Origin: a virus
Reading direction: 5' to 3' (one strand)
DNA: 64,000 nt
IMG/VR virus record: IMGVR_UViG_3300005918_000012
Shown: positions 49,306 to 57,873 of the stretch, piece after piece
Numbering within the stretch: the first letter of the stretch is position 1
How the letters are laid out: each line of letters opens with the position of its first letter
Program-made: the position numbers and the translations under genes
Notes under the pieces: generated by a model
Databases searched by the model: none
The model's input: the letters and a program-made list of their open reading frames with translations, nothing else
Told to the model about the DNA's origin: nothing

Positions 49306-51500
49306 GAGTTATAACTGTTGGTAGAACCCCATTGATTAAGACCACCCCGATGAACTGTGCTATATTGGGTACAGGAGCTTTAAACATCGATGGGTGTAGG
49401 ATTGGGGAAGACCAGCAGAATCCTGGAGGTCGTTGGCCTGCTAATGTTATTTTGAGTCACCCTAAAGAGTGTCGATCTGGGTATTGTATATCAAGTTGTC
49501 CAGTGAAACAACTGGATATTGACAGCCTTGAAGCAGGTATCCATGCTGCGGGTAATAAGAAGAAGGCTTCGACCACGAAAAAAGGTAATACTTTTCACTT
49601 TGAAGCTTTCGATCACAACCCTGACTATTATAATGATTCAGGTGGTGCTTCACGATTTTTTAAATGCTTAAAGGAAGATGAGTTTATGAATATCCCACAA
49701 GAACTTTTAGATTACCTCTTAACGATGATCTCTACTCCTGATATGAAAGCTCTTTACAACGATGACATCAGTACCTGGAAGGTCGGGGAAGAAAAAGATA
49801 ATTCATATCCAGGGCTTGTAGCTTATGGGCAACCGACTGAGGAACAAGCAGCAGATCTGAAAAGAGTTTTAATGCCTGGTGCTCATCTTTTACTGATTGC
49901 CCCAGAGTCAGAACCAACAGGGCATACTGGAACTTGTAGGGTTGAGGATGCAGGCTTTGAAATTCGTGATGCTATCCTATGGATCAGAGAAGCAGGTCAT
50001 TTCCATTATGTTCCCAAAGCTTCACGTTCAGAACGTGAAGCAGGCTGTCAAACAGTTTCTGTAAGTGGTGCTGAGGCTGTAGGGCGTAAAGAGGGGTCTG
50101 ATGGTTTAGATAGTCCACGAGCAGGGGCTATTAAGAACTTCCATCCTTGTTTACACCCTGATACATTAGTGATGACTATAAGAGGTTATCGTCCTATAGG
50201 TGAAATAAAAATTGGAGATCAGGTGTTTAGTGCTGATGGGGGATTTCATATTGTAAAGGATGTTAGCCGTCACCTTTACACTTCTAGTCACCTGTATGAC
50301 ATTGGTGTTCATGGGACTAATTATTCGGCCCCCTCTTCAGATAACCACCCCTATTTAATATGGAGACCTGAACGAAAACGGAATTCCATTGTAGGAGGTT
50401 GTGCTTCTTGGATTGAGGCAAAAGATATTAAAAAAGGGGATTATACCATGACTCCTTTATGTAATTCATTTTCTACTGATGTGATATATCCTGATGATAT
50501 TGAACTTTGGTTTATGTTTGGATTGTATTTAGCTGATGGGGTTCTTCAACAGGCAGGACATGGATCTAACAGATATCCTTCGTATTCATTGGGTCTTGAT
50601 AAACCCCAACTAATTAAAAGAGTACAAAAATATTTTGAAAATACTGGTGTGAATGTTGGGGTTTATCCAAAATCTCGAAGTAAAGCAGTTCAATTAATAG
50701 CTTTTAATCCCAAAATAGGGCAGATGTTTGATTTGTATGGGGGTCAACATGCAGATACTAAAACATTAGCTCCTGACTTACTTGTAGCTAATGTTTCAAT
50801 TAAAAAAGCAATTTTGGATGGGTATTTGGCAGGAGATGGTTGTCAAGTAAAAGGCCGTTTATACAAACAAGCTAAAACGGTTTCTCCTGATCTTGCTTCC
50901 TTGATGGCTTTATTAGGAGATTCTATAGGGTATCGGACTAATTTGTTCAGATATGACCCCTTAATGGGTAAGGGTATTGGAGATCGAAAATTTAAGACTA
51001 CACTACCAACTTACCATTTATATTTTTATAGTCAAAATCAGAAACGGGTTGACCGTAAAAACTCACGTCCTACTTATATCGAGTATCAAGGCCAAACATA
51101 CCTTCTTCGATATGTTAAAGAAATCAAATCTGTTAGTTATACTGGGGTCGTTGTCAATTTGACTGTAGAAGGGTCACCAACTTTTCAAACCGTTGTAGGA
51201 ATGAGCCATAATACGGTTAAGCCTATTAAGTTGATGGAATGTTTATTGGATGGTATTCCTGTGGATAATGGTCCAGTAATGGACCCGTTTATGGGCAGCG
51301 GCTCAACTGGGATTGCGTGTCTCCATACTGGCCATGATTTTATTGGGACTGATAGAGAAAAAGATTATGTTGGTATTGCTACTTCCCGAATTCGTCACTG
51401 GGATAGTGAACAGGGGTATATAAATAGAGAAGTGGTTTCAGATTTCAAATCCGAAACCGAAGAAAAAGAACCTGTGGATTTGTGGGATATGGAAGATTAA
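49302..51500 (+). CDS. Permuted beta-class DNA amino-methyltransferase subunit: ARKP module + degenerate catalytic half + intein + SAM-binding half
   Basis: MRVITVGRTP...GTGALNIDGCRI...GRWPANVI...SRFFK; LKRVLMPGAHLL...VEDAGFEIRD; KASRSER; NFHP|intein|TVKP; VMDPFMGSGSTG. No DPPY motif. Confidence 0.85.
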   Translation: MRVITVGRTPLIKTTPMNCAILGTGALNIDGCRIGEDQQNPGGRWPANVILSHPKECRSGYCISSCPVKQLDIDSLEAGIHAAGNKKKASTTKKGNTFHFEAFDHNPDYYNDSGGASRFFKCLKEDEFMNIPQELLDYLLTMISTPDMKALYNDDISTWKVGEEKDNSYPGLVAYGQPTEEQAADLKRVLMPGAHLLLIAPESEPTGHTGTCRVEDAGFEIRDAILWIREAGHFHYVPKASRSEREAGCQTVSVSGAEAVGRKEGSDGLDSPRAGAIKNFHPCLHPDTLVMTIRGYRPIGEIKIGDQVFSADGGFHIVKDVSRHLYTSSHLYDIGVHGTNYSAPSSDNHPYLIWRPERKRNSIVGGCASWIEAKDIKKGDYTMTPLCNSFSTDVIYPDDIELWFMFGLYLADGVLQQAGHGSNRYPSYSLGLDKPQLIKRVQKYFENTGVNVGVYPKSRSKAVQLIAFNPKIGQMFDLYGGQHADTKTLAPDLLVANVSIKKAILDGYLAGDGCQVKGRLYKQAKTVSPDLASLMALLGDSIGYRTNLFRYDPLMGKGIGDRKFKTTLPTYHLYFYSQNQKRVDRKNSRPTYIEYQGQTYLLRYVKEIKSVSYTGVVVNLTVEGSPTFQTVVGMSHNTVKPIKLMECLLDGIPVDNGPVMDPFMGSGSTGIACLHTGHDFIGTDREKDYVGIATSRIRHWDSEQGYINREVVSDFKSETEEKEPVDLWDMED
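50148..51212 (+). mobile_element. Intein with LAGLIDADG endonuclease (355 aa) in the HP|TVKP motif
   Basis: Starts CLHPDT, ends MSHN, +1 residue is Thr. Contains 'FGLYLADG' and 'LDGYLAGDG'. Confidence 0.92.
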
Positions 51501-51529
51501 GCTTAGTTTTCCCTGTCCGTGGGTTGTTG
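51500..51529 (+). promoter_or_regulatory. Putative early-promoter motif (copy D)
   Basis: AGCTTAGTTTTCcctgtccGTGGGTTGTTG, followed by AGGAGG and ATG 51545. Confidence 0.7.
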
Positions 51530-51544
51530 ATGTAGGAGGATAAC

Positions 51545-52030
51545 ATGACAAAAAAATTAACTCAAGCAGAAACTGATTATAACACTGAAATCATGATTCA
51601 TCGGACGGATGTTTTTGAACAAATGCAGATTGTATCTGATGAGATAGAACATCGTCAGGCTACTCATGATCTATCCAAGAGTAGTGATGAGGAATTCTCA
51701 ACATACGCCGAGGTTATTCCTAAAGTCAAAGGGCTACCATTTGGATCACCAGAGGCCAGAACGATCATAAAAGAACTGGGTCCTGCTCTTAAACACCATT
51801 ATGAAAACAACAGACATCATCCTGAGCATTTCAAGGACGGAGTTGCAGGGATGCATTTGATTGATATAATTGAGATGGTCTGTGATTGGGTGGCTGTATC
51901 TGGAGCCAAAGGCACTGATGTCAGAAAAGGAATGATAGAAGTTCTGTTTCCCAAGCACGGGATCGAAGAACCTCTGGCCACAATCCTTTTAAACACTGTG
52001 GATTTCTTGGAAAAAGGTGACAACGAATGA
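51545..52030 (+). CDS. HD-superfamily protein (DUF5662-like)
   Basis: 'HDLSK...HHYENNRHHPEHF...MHLIDIIEMVCDW'. Confidence 0.8.
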   Translation: MTKKLTQAETDYNTEIMIHRTDVFEQMQIVSDEIEHRQATHDLSKSSDEEFSTYAEVIPKVKGLPFGSPEARTIIKELGPALKHHYENNRHHPEHFKDGVAGMHLIDIIEMVCDWVAVSGAKGTDVRKGMIEVLFPKHGIEEPLATILLNTVDFLEKGDNE

Positions 52031-52269
52031 AAAATAGCATTACAGTACAAATAACAGATGGCATTATTGAAATTGGCATCAACAAGAATGTGGCCATCGA
52101 TACAACATCTTTGATAAGGATGCAAACCCAAGAAGGTTGGGAGACAGGACTTAGCAGGGTTATATCAAGACTCCTTGACCCATTAGCCTCGGAGGTTCAG
52201 AAAGAATTGGAACAAACACTCCATCAAACAATTATTTATGATGGTTTTAATTATAAGGTAAATGAATGA
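52027..52269 (+). CDS. Hypothetical protein
   Basis: 80 aa, ATGA coupling at both ends. Confidence 0.6.
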   Translation: MKNSITVQITDGIIEIGINKNVAIDTTSLIRMQTQEGWETGLSRVISRLLDPLASEVQKELEQTLHQTIIYDGFNYKVNE

Positions 52270-52463
52270 CCCACTATTATCTATGTGCCTTCTGTGGGCA
52301 AAAATGGACTGAGGATGAGGCAGCATTGTTACCTCAGAGTGACAGTACCGCATCGATGCCTATATGTTGTGGTTATCCTATTTTTCAACAAACTTGGGAA
52401 GGTGAAGAACTATCCGATTGGATATCAGAAGCCGTGGCCGAAGCCGTGGGAGAAAAGGATTGA
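52266..52463 (+). CDS. Small zinc-ribbon-like protein
   Basis: CAFCG...ICCG. Confidence 0.55.
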   Translation: MTHYYLCAFCGQKWTEDEAALLPQSDSTASMPICCGYPIFQQTWEGEELSDWISEAVAEAVGEKD

Positions 52464-52466
52464 TAA

Positions 52467-52763
52467 ATGTCTAAACTTTTAACCACTGATAAAGAGAGAA
52501 AAGATTTATCTTTTCTGGACTGGAGTTCTGAATCTATTGGTAATGCTGTTAAAGATTCTGCTGTTAAAATATGCCAGTATAACAAAGCTCCTTACGATGC
52601 ATCAGGTAAAGATCTAATTCGTCTGAAAGCTGCTATGCTCGTAGTCCTTAATATTATGGAAAAGTCAAATGCTGAGACATTTACCCAAGAGATGCTTGAT
52701 GTAACAATCAAAGAGGTAAATATCGGAGATTACCAGATGAAGGTAACTAAGGTGAAAAGATGA
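52467..52763 (+). CDS. Hypothetical protein
   Basis: 98 aa, AAGGA RBS. Confidence 0.65.
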   Translation: MSKLLTTDKERKDLSFLDWSSESIGNAVKDSAVKICQYNKAPYDASGKDLIRLKAAMLVVLNIMEKSNAETFTQEMLDVTIKEVNIGDYQMKVTKVKR

Positions 52764-52791
52764 AACAGAACCCAGTTCCACAAACACTCCA
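52760..52791 (+). repeat. Remnant original 5' end of the methyltransferase gene, duplicated at 53600-53649
   Basis: atgaaacagaacccagttccacaaacactccatt (MKQNPVPQTL) versus atgaaaaggaaacagaacccccgtagggtggttccacaaacacttcaatt (MKRKQNPRRVVPQTL). Confidence 0.8.
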
Positions 52792-53535
52792 TTATGTTGG
52801 GGGCTTGTATGTACGAACATCTTCTATTTCCTTTTTCATCTGTCCCATACGAACCCACACACTTTTCCCTGGTTTAAAGGATGTCCACAAATGAACAGCC
52901 TTTTTCCAAATACGGAAATCATTAGCTTTCTTAGCCCTAATAGGGTATTGGTCGATAATACTAACCAAGGTAGGACAGTCGGCTTTAGTATCTACTATCC
53001 AAACCATACAAGGCTTACTATTCCCATTTCTCGATCTGTCAGGTTTCAATCTACCAAGTTGGAGTTTATTGACAATCTCAGTCAAAATAGGGGTGTCATC
53101 ATCTCGAAGTTTCAACGAGAAGGCACAACCGAAATATGCACCTTTTCGAACTTTGTGGATTCGAAAACACCCTTCTCCGGCAATGAAACCTGCCAACCAA
53201 TGTCCGAAACCATTAGTCAAGACAGGAGTAGGAGTTGGTGGGGGTGGTTGATAGGGGCCGCAGATAGGACGTGGAGACAGACCTTGTGTACGTGCTTTAT
53301 AATGGCATTCTTTGGAACACAAAGGAAGTCCTGCATCAGCTTTTTTAGCTGTCGAGGGAGGGCGTTCAAAAACAGTTCCACAGATAACACAGGTGTAAGA
53401 TTTAGATTTTTTAAGTTGTTGGGCTCGGAATTTATACGAGCATTTACGGGAGCATGTGGTTTGTCTTCCGTGTTTAAGACGTTTAGGATCAGCTTGATAG
53501 GTTTTTTTACATATCGGGCATGTTCTAGTTTGCAT
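52792..53535 (-). mobile_element. Free-standing single-motif LAGLIDADG homing endonuclease with two N-terminal Cys4 zinc-finger repeats
   Basis: 'WLAGFIAGEGCF'; CPICK..CSRKC and CVICG..CSKEC; AGGAGG RBS. Antisense to the surrounding operon. Confidence 0.85.
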
Positions 53536-53553
53536 TATTAAACCTCCTGTGAT

Positions 53554-53583
53554 ACTGTATCATGGACTAGGTTTTATTGTCAA
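53554..53583 (-). promoter_or_regulatory. Sigma70-like promoter of the homing endonuclease
   Basis: Minus strand reads TTGACA-N18-TACAGT with an extended TG, just upstream of AGGAGG. Confidence 0.6.
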
Positions 53584-53599
53584 GAGATAGGATGAAATA

Positions 53600-54481
53600 A
53601 TGAAAAGGAAACAGAACCCCCGTAGGGTGGTTCCACAAACACTTCAATTGCTCATGGGAGATTGCAAAGAAAAAATGCAATCTTTTGCTGAAGGCAGTAT
53701 TGGAAGTATTGTTTGTGATCCGCCCTATGGCTAACTTAGCTTATCCTTTATGAACAAGAAATGGGATAACCTTGATGAATGGAAGTCAGGGGCAGGGATG
53801 AGTAAACCTGGTATTGGCCAACGTGAGATTGAATGGCCTTCTTTAGGAGGAACTCAACCTTTCGGTGGAGCCAATCCAACATGTAAAGCCTGTGGTGGCC
53901 GTCTAAGAGGGGCTAAGAAATGTACCTGTGACGAACCAGAATGGGTTGTGGCTGGTGAACCTGTAGGAGACGGTGCAGACGCAGCCTTAAACATCTCCTT
54001 GGACAATATACACACTCAACAGGCTTGGCATCTGAATTGGTTGGTGGAAGCCTTCAGGGTATTGAAACCTGGAGGTGTCCTAAAAGCTTTCGGTGGCACC
54101 CGCACTTACCACCGGTTGGCAGCAGCTATGGAACAGGCAGGCTTTGTAGAAATTCATATGGATGCCTGGATATACGGATCTGGATTTCCGAAGTCATTAA
54201 ACATATCAAAGGCTTTGGATAAGAAAATTGGAGTTGAACCACAAGTAATAGGAACTACAACAGGTAAAGGTGGGGATAATGTCAACAATCAATCCCGACC
54301 AGGCAAAGGTGATAGTCTTTCTGCCAAAGGGTGTGGAGCTTATGGGGCAGGGGTAAAACAAGTCAATATTCAAATACCACTGACCTTACCTACTTCGGAT
54401 ATTGCCAAGAAGTTTGAAGGCTATGGGACGGCACTCAAGCCCGCTTGGGAAATAATAGTGGTAGGGAGGAAACCAGAATGA
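53600..54481 (+). CDS. Catalytic (DPPY) half of a beta-class DNA amino-methyltransferase, interrupted by an in-frame TAA at 53732-53734
   Basis: LLMGDCKEKM...SIVCDPPYG[TAA CTT AGC]LSFMNKKWD...FRVLKPGG...GGTRTYHRL...WIYGSGFPKSLNISKALDK...GYGTALKPAWEIIVVGRKPE*. No FxGxG motif. The 44-codon 5' part is missing from the ORF track. Confidence 0.85.
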
Positions 54482-54726
54482 ACAAAGTGTTTGAAGAAAA
54501 CGGAGAATGGTTTTTCAGATGTGGTCCTTTCCTAACGGAAAATGTTGCAACTAATCGTCTGGCGGAGCATACTGTAGAAACAGAGCCAGAGACTCAAAGA
54601 ATAGTTACTCCTGAAAAAGTTTGTCGGGAGTGTGCTTATAAAAAATCATCGAAAATCTGGGAAGCTCTTATTTGTAGAGGTACTTGTGATAGTTGTGGGA
54701 AAGTAAATATACCTTTATGGGGGTAA
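54478..54726 (+). CDS. Small protein with WFF/GPF motif and C-terminal CxxC pairs
   Basis: ATGA coupling to the upstream gene, GGGAGG RBS. Confidence 0.6.
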   Translation: MNKVFEENGEWFFRCGPFLTENVATNRLAEHTVETEPETQRIVTPEKVCRECAYKKSSKIWEALICRGTCDSCGKVNIPLWG

Positions 54727-54731
54727 CAGTA

Positions 54732-55190
54732 ATGGATCCTATAATTGAAAAAGATGGCCAATGGTTTTTTTCCGATGAGAATTGGTCGGATATTATTGGA
54801 CCTTTTAATACCGAGGAAATAGCCAGACATCAGTTGGCAGAATATGTCAAATATCTGAATGAGGGTTCTGAGCTGATATGCAAAACGATGGCAGAGTGGA
54901 TTAACAAATTGGCTGATGCTCACGATGCTGGGAAGAAAGTTACGTTAAACGATAACCCTCTGGACCGCTTGTTAGGGTTCAAAGTAGGTGGGACAACTAT
55001 TTCAGTTTCTTTGGTTTTAGCCCAAGGACGAGGATGGAATACCACAGAAGGTCTTAAAGCTCTAAAACGTATTGATTTTGACGACTATTCTTTTGGACAC
55101 TCTCTTCAGAGTCCTGGTAGAAGAGAAGCTCTTGTTACGAAATTATATCACGTAAAAAGGAAATATTGCAGGGGAGGAGACAGGAAATGA
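54732..55190 (+). CDS. Hypothetical protein sharing an N-terminal WFF/GPF motif with the upstream gene
   Basis: 'EKDGQWFF...GPFNTEEIARHQLAEY' versus 'EENGEWFF..GPFLTENVATNRLAEH'. Confidence 0.6.
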   Translation: MDPIIEKDGQWFFSDENWSDIIGPFNTEEIARHQLAEYVKYLNEGSELICKTMAEWINKLADAHDAGKKVTLNDNPLDRLLGFKVGGTTISVSLVLAQGRGWNTTEGLKALKRIDFDDYSFGHSLQSPGRREALVTKLYHVKRKYCRGGDRK

Positions 55191-56023
55191 AAAGACTTGT
55201 AACAATGGGACATTGGACGACGTTCAACCGTATGTTGACCATCAAAGATGAAATCGTCGGTCACCCAAAATACCCTGGAGAATCTGAGGAGAAACTTTTG
55301 GCTTTGATGCCGTGGGCAAAAGACCGAGCAAATGACCCCATCTCAATCTCTACGGCTATGAGACCGCTCCTGTCTTTGGGTGTTGATAAAGTTTTCCTGC
55401 TCCTGAAAGTAAATATGCAACCTTACCAGTACCAAGAAGGACTAGAGTACGGCTTTCGGGTCATGAAACATGGTGCCCCTGATTATATTTCAGCACAGGA
55501 ATTTCTTCAAAAAGCATCTAATGCTTTTAAGGACACGGGTGAAGAAAACCCTAAACTCACTCCTTTCAATGTTGTTTCCAGTTGTTACACCACAATACAA
55601 GCCCGAATGAAACAGCAAGGGAAAGAAGATCAGTGGGTTGATGAGAAGGACTGGCAGTTCCAAGAGTTCCTAAACGTGTTTGGGTTGTTTCCTGCCAATG
55701 ATGCAACGATGGCACGAATTGATGGTTGGACAGGGAAACCTTTCCGAGGTCCTTTGACACGAGAACTTATGGTTGATGCTTTTGCAGCCATTGGTACAGA
55801 TAGTGTTTCTACTCTTCTTGTTTCTGAGAAAACTCGTGGGACTCTCTTTCACGGCTTGGTTGTTAAATCTGAGGACGATGACCAGTATATTGACCTTGGT
55901 GGAAACTCCCTTTGGGGTGCTCATATTGAAACTGCTGATATCCCTGATAATAAGATATATTTTATCGGTGCAGATAAGGACAACCGTGTGCAGAGAGTAG
56001 ATATTCAACAGAAGGAGAGTTAA
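55187..56023 (+). CDS. Hypothetical protein
   Basis: ORF track gives 55166..56023. ATG 55187 follows GGAGGAG and overlaps the upstream stop. Confidence 0.65.
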   Translation: MKRLVTMGHWTTFNRMLTIKDEIVGHPKYPGESEEKLLALMPWAKDRANDPISISTAMRPLLSLGVDKVFLLLKVNMQPYQYQEGLEYGFRVMKHGAPDYISAQEFLQKASNAFKDTGEENPKLTPFNVVSSCYTTIQARMKQQGKEDQWVDEKDWQFQEFLNVFGLFPANDATMARIDGWTGKPFRGPLTRELMVDAFAAIGTDSVSTLLVSEKTRGTLFHGLVVKSEDDDQYIDLGGNSLWGAHIETADIPDNKIYFIGADKDNRVQRVDIQQKES

Positions 56024-56025
56024 AG

Positions 56026-56394
56026 ATGGCAGAGAAACAATGCCCGTTTTGTAATGAACTTAGATTTGAAAAAACACAGGGTCTTGCAGCTTGTTTATTT
56101 GATGGATATCCTGTGAATAAAGGCCATAGGCTGATTGTTCCCATTCGACATGTTGAGGAGTTTTCGGATATCACAAGTGATGAGATGAGGGATATTTTAG
56201 AGCTGGCTCAGTTGGAAATAAAAAATCTTGTAAACGTAGATGGGGTAAATGTTGGATGGAATTTGGGATATGCTGCTGGACAGACTGTACCTCATATTCA
56301 TTTACACGTCATCCCAAGGTTTTTAGGTGATGTCCCTGACCCTGTGGGTGGTATTCGGGGAGTTATCCCTGAAAAAAGGGTTTATGAAAAATGA
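56026..56394 (+). CDS. HIT-family nucleotide hydrolase
   Basis: CPFC, 'YPVNKGHRLIVP' and 'AGQTVPHIHLHVIPR'. Confidence 0.92.
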   Translation: MAEKQCPFCNELRFEKTQGLAACLFDGYPVNKGHRLIVPIRHVEEFSDITSDEMRDILELAQLEIKNLVNVDGVNVGWNLGYAAGQTVPHIHLHVIPRFLGDVPDPVGGIRGVIPEKRVYEK

Positions 56395-57389
56395 ACCCAG
56401 AGAATGCTTTAGAAGAGTGGCAAATGAAAACCCGGTCTGGTTACCCATTGGATCTTAAAATTCAAATGAGTCTTAGCCGGATTAGAAGTTGGTACGAACA
56501 CCACCAAGGTAAAGTATCAGTGTCGTATTCAGGAGGTAAAGATTCCTCCGTCCTACTTCATCTGGTTCGTCAGTTGTATCCTAACACTCCGGCAGTATTT
56601 TGTGACACAGGATTAGAATACCCTGAAATCAGGAGGTTTGCCAGAGAAACAGAGAATGTAATTGTCCTCAAACCTAAGATGAACTTTCAAGAAGTTGTTA
56701 AGAAGTATGGATGGCCAGCTGTATCTAAACGGAATGCTCAGTATATCCATGAGGCTGGGTGTGGTTCTATTGGTTCGGCTACCCACACCCTCCGCTTAAC
56801 AGGAATGACAAGCAAGGGTGAGTATTTATCCTTGGGCAAAATACCTAACAAGTGGTTGTATTTAGTAGATGAGGTTCGAGCTGGAAACCTGAAGATAAAT
56901 CACCGTTGCTGTCATGTTATGAAGAAAGCACCTTTACATAAGCATATTAAGGAAACGGGACAGTATCCTTATGTCGGAGTCACAGCAACAGAGAGTAAAG
57001 ACCGAGAACTATCTTGGAAAAGGTTTGGGTGTAATGCTTATAATATGAAGAACCCGATGTCTCGGCCATTAATGGCTTGGACAGAGCAAGATATATTGCA
57101 ATACCTTCTGGATAATAAGTTAAAGATGTCCAGTGTCTATGGTAATATAGTTAAAGATGATACAGGGAAGCTTTCATTGACCGGAGTATCCCGGACAGGT
57201 TGCATGTTTTGTATGTTTGGTGCTCATATGGAGAAATACCCAAACAGGTTTGAGAAAATGAAAAAGACTCACCCAAAACAATGGGCTTTCATCACTCAAA
57301 AGATGGGTGGTGGTAAAGTCTTAGACTTGTTAAAAGTTCCGTGGGGAGACCCAGAGGATTTAAGTGTTTTTGAAATAATTGATTCATAG
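56391..57389 (+). CDS. PAPS-reductase-family (PP-loop) protein
   Basis: 'SYSGGKDS', 'DTGLEYPE', 'CCHVMKK' and 'RTGCMFC'. Confidence 0.9.
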   Translation: MNPENALEEWQMKTRSGYPLDLKIQMSLSRIRSWYEHHQGKVSVSYSGGKDSSVLLHLVRQLYPNTPAVFCDTGLEYPEIRRFARETENVIVLKPKMNFQEVVKKYGWPAVSKRNAQYIHEAGCGSIGSATHTLRLTGMTSKGEYLSLGKIPNKWLYLVDEVRAGNLKINHRCCHVMKKAPLHKHIKETGQYPYVGVTATESKDRELSWKRFGCNAYNMKNPMSRPLMAWTEQDILQYLLDNKLKMSSVYGNIVKDDTGKLSLTGVSRTGCMFCMFGAHMEKYPNRFEKMKKTHPKQWAFITQKMGGGKVLDLLKVPWGDPEDLSVFEIIDS

Positions 57390-57873
57390 GTAAAAGAATG
57401 ATAGTTATTACCGTAGCCCGAAAACCTATTTCAGGTTCTGTGGTGGGAAACATAGTCCAATGGGGTACTTGTGGACTCAATATTGATGCCTGCCGTATCG
57501 GATATGAAGACACCCCTAACGTAGCATCAAATCCATTGTTTCGAACACAACAAGGATATTCATTCAAGCATGGTTCAGACCGTGGGGCAGCTTTCCAAAT
57601 TCAGAAAAAAGACGGTGACATCAAGATTAACCCTGCTGGCCGTTGGCCTTCTAATGTGATTTTGGGTCAAAATGCTGTAGCAGCAATGGATAAACAGTCT
57701 TCAGTTACAAAGAACATAGTCCGACACATGAGTTACCAACGGTCAGGTGGAGAATTCATTGATGGGATACCTTCTCAACCTGAGAAAGGCTGGCATGTGA
57801 CTGAACCTAACAAACCTTCCAGATTCTTCAAGCAGGTAAAAGAATGATAGTTATTACCGTAGCCCGAAAACCT
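57388..57873 (+). repeat. Perfect 40-bp direct repeat at module junctions (57388-57427 / 57834-57873), with a near-copy at about 62615-62660
   Basis: aggtaaaagaatgatagttattaccgtagcccgaaaacct. Confidence 0.92.
57398..57847 (+). CDS. Stand-alone ARKP module (middle, TRD-position region of a phage beta-class MTase)
   Basis: MIVITVARKP...GTCGLNIDACRI...GRWPSNVI...SRFFKQVKE. Confidence 0.8.
   Translation: MIVITVARKPISGSVVGNIVQWGTCGLNIDACRIGYEDTPNVASNPLFRTQQGYSFKHGSDRGAAFQIQKKDGDIKINPAGRWPSNVILGQNAVAAMDKQSSVTKNIVRHMSYQRSGGEFIDGIPSQPEKGWHVTEPNKPSRFFKQVKE

Noticed and set aside
52891-53541. 216-aa plus-strand ORF
   Set aside because: It is the antisense shadow of the LAGLIDADG gene, which has the motifs, RBS and promoter.
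57388-57873. CRISPR array from the 40-bp repeats
   Set aside because: There are only two exact copies, 446 bp apart, and both overlap coding start/stop junctions.
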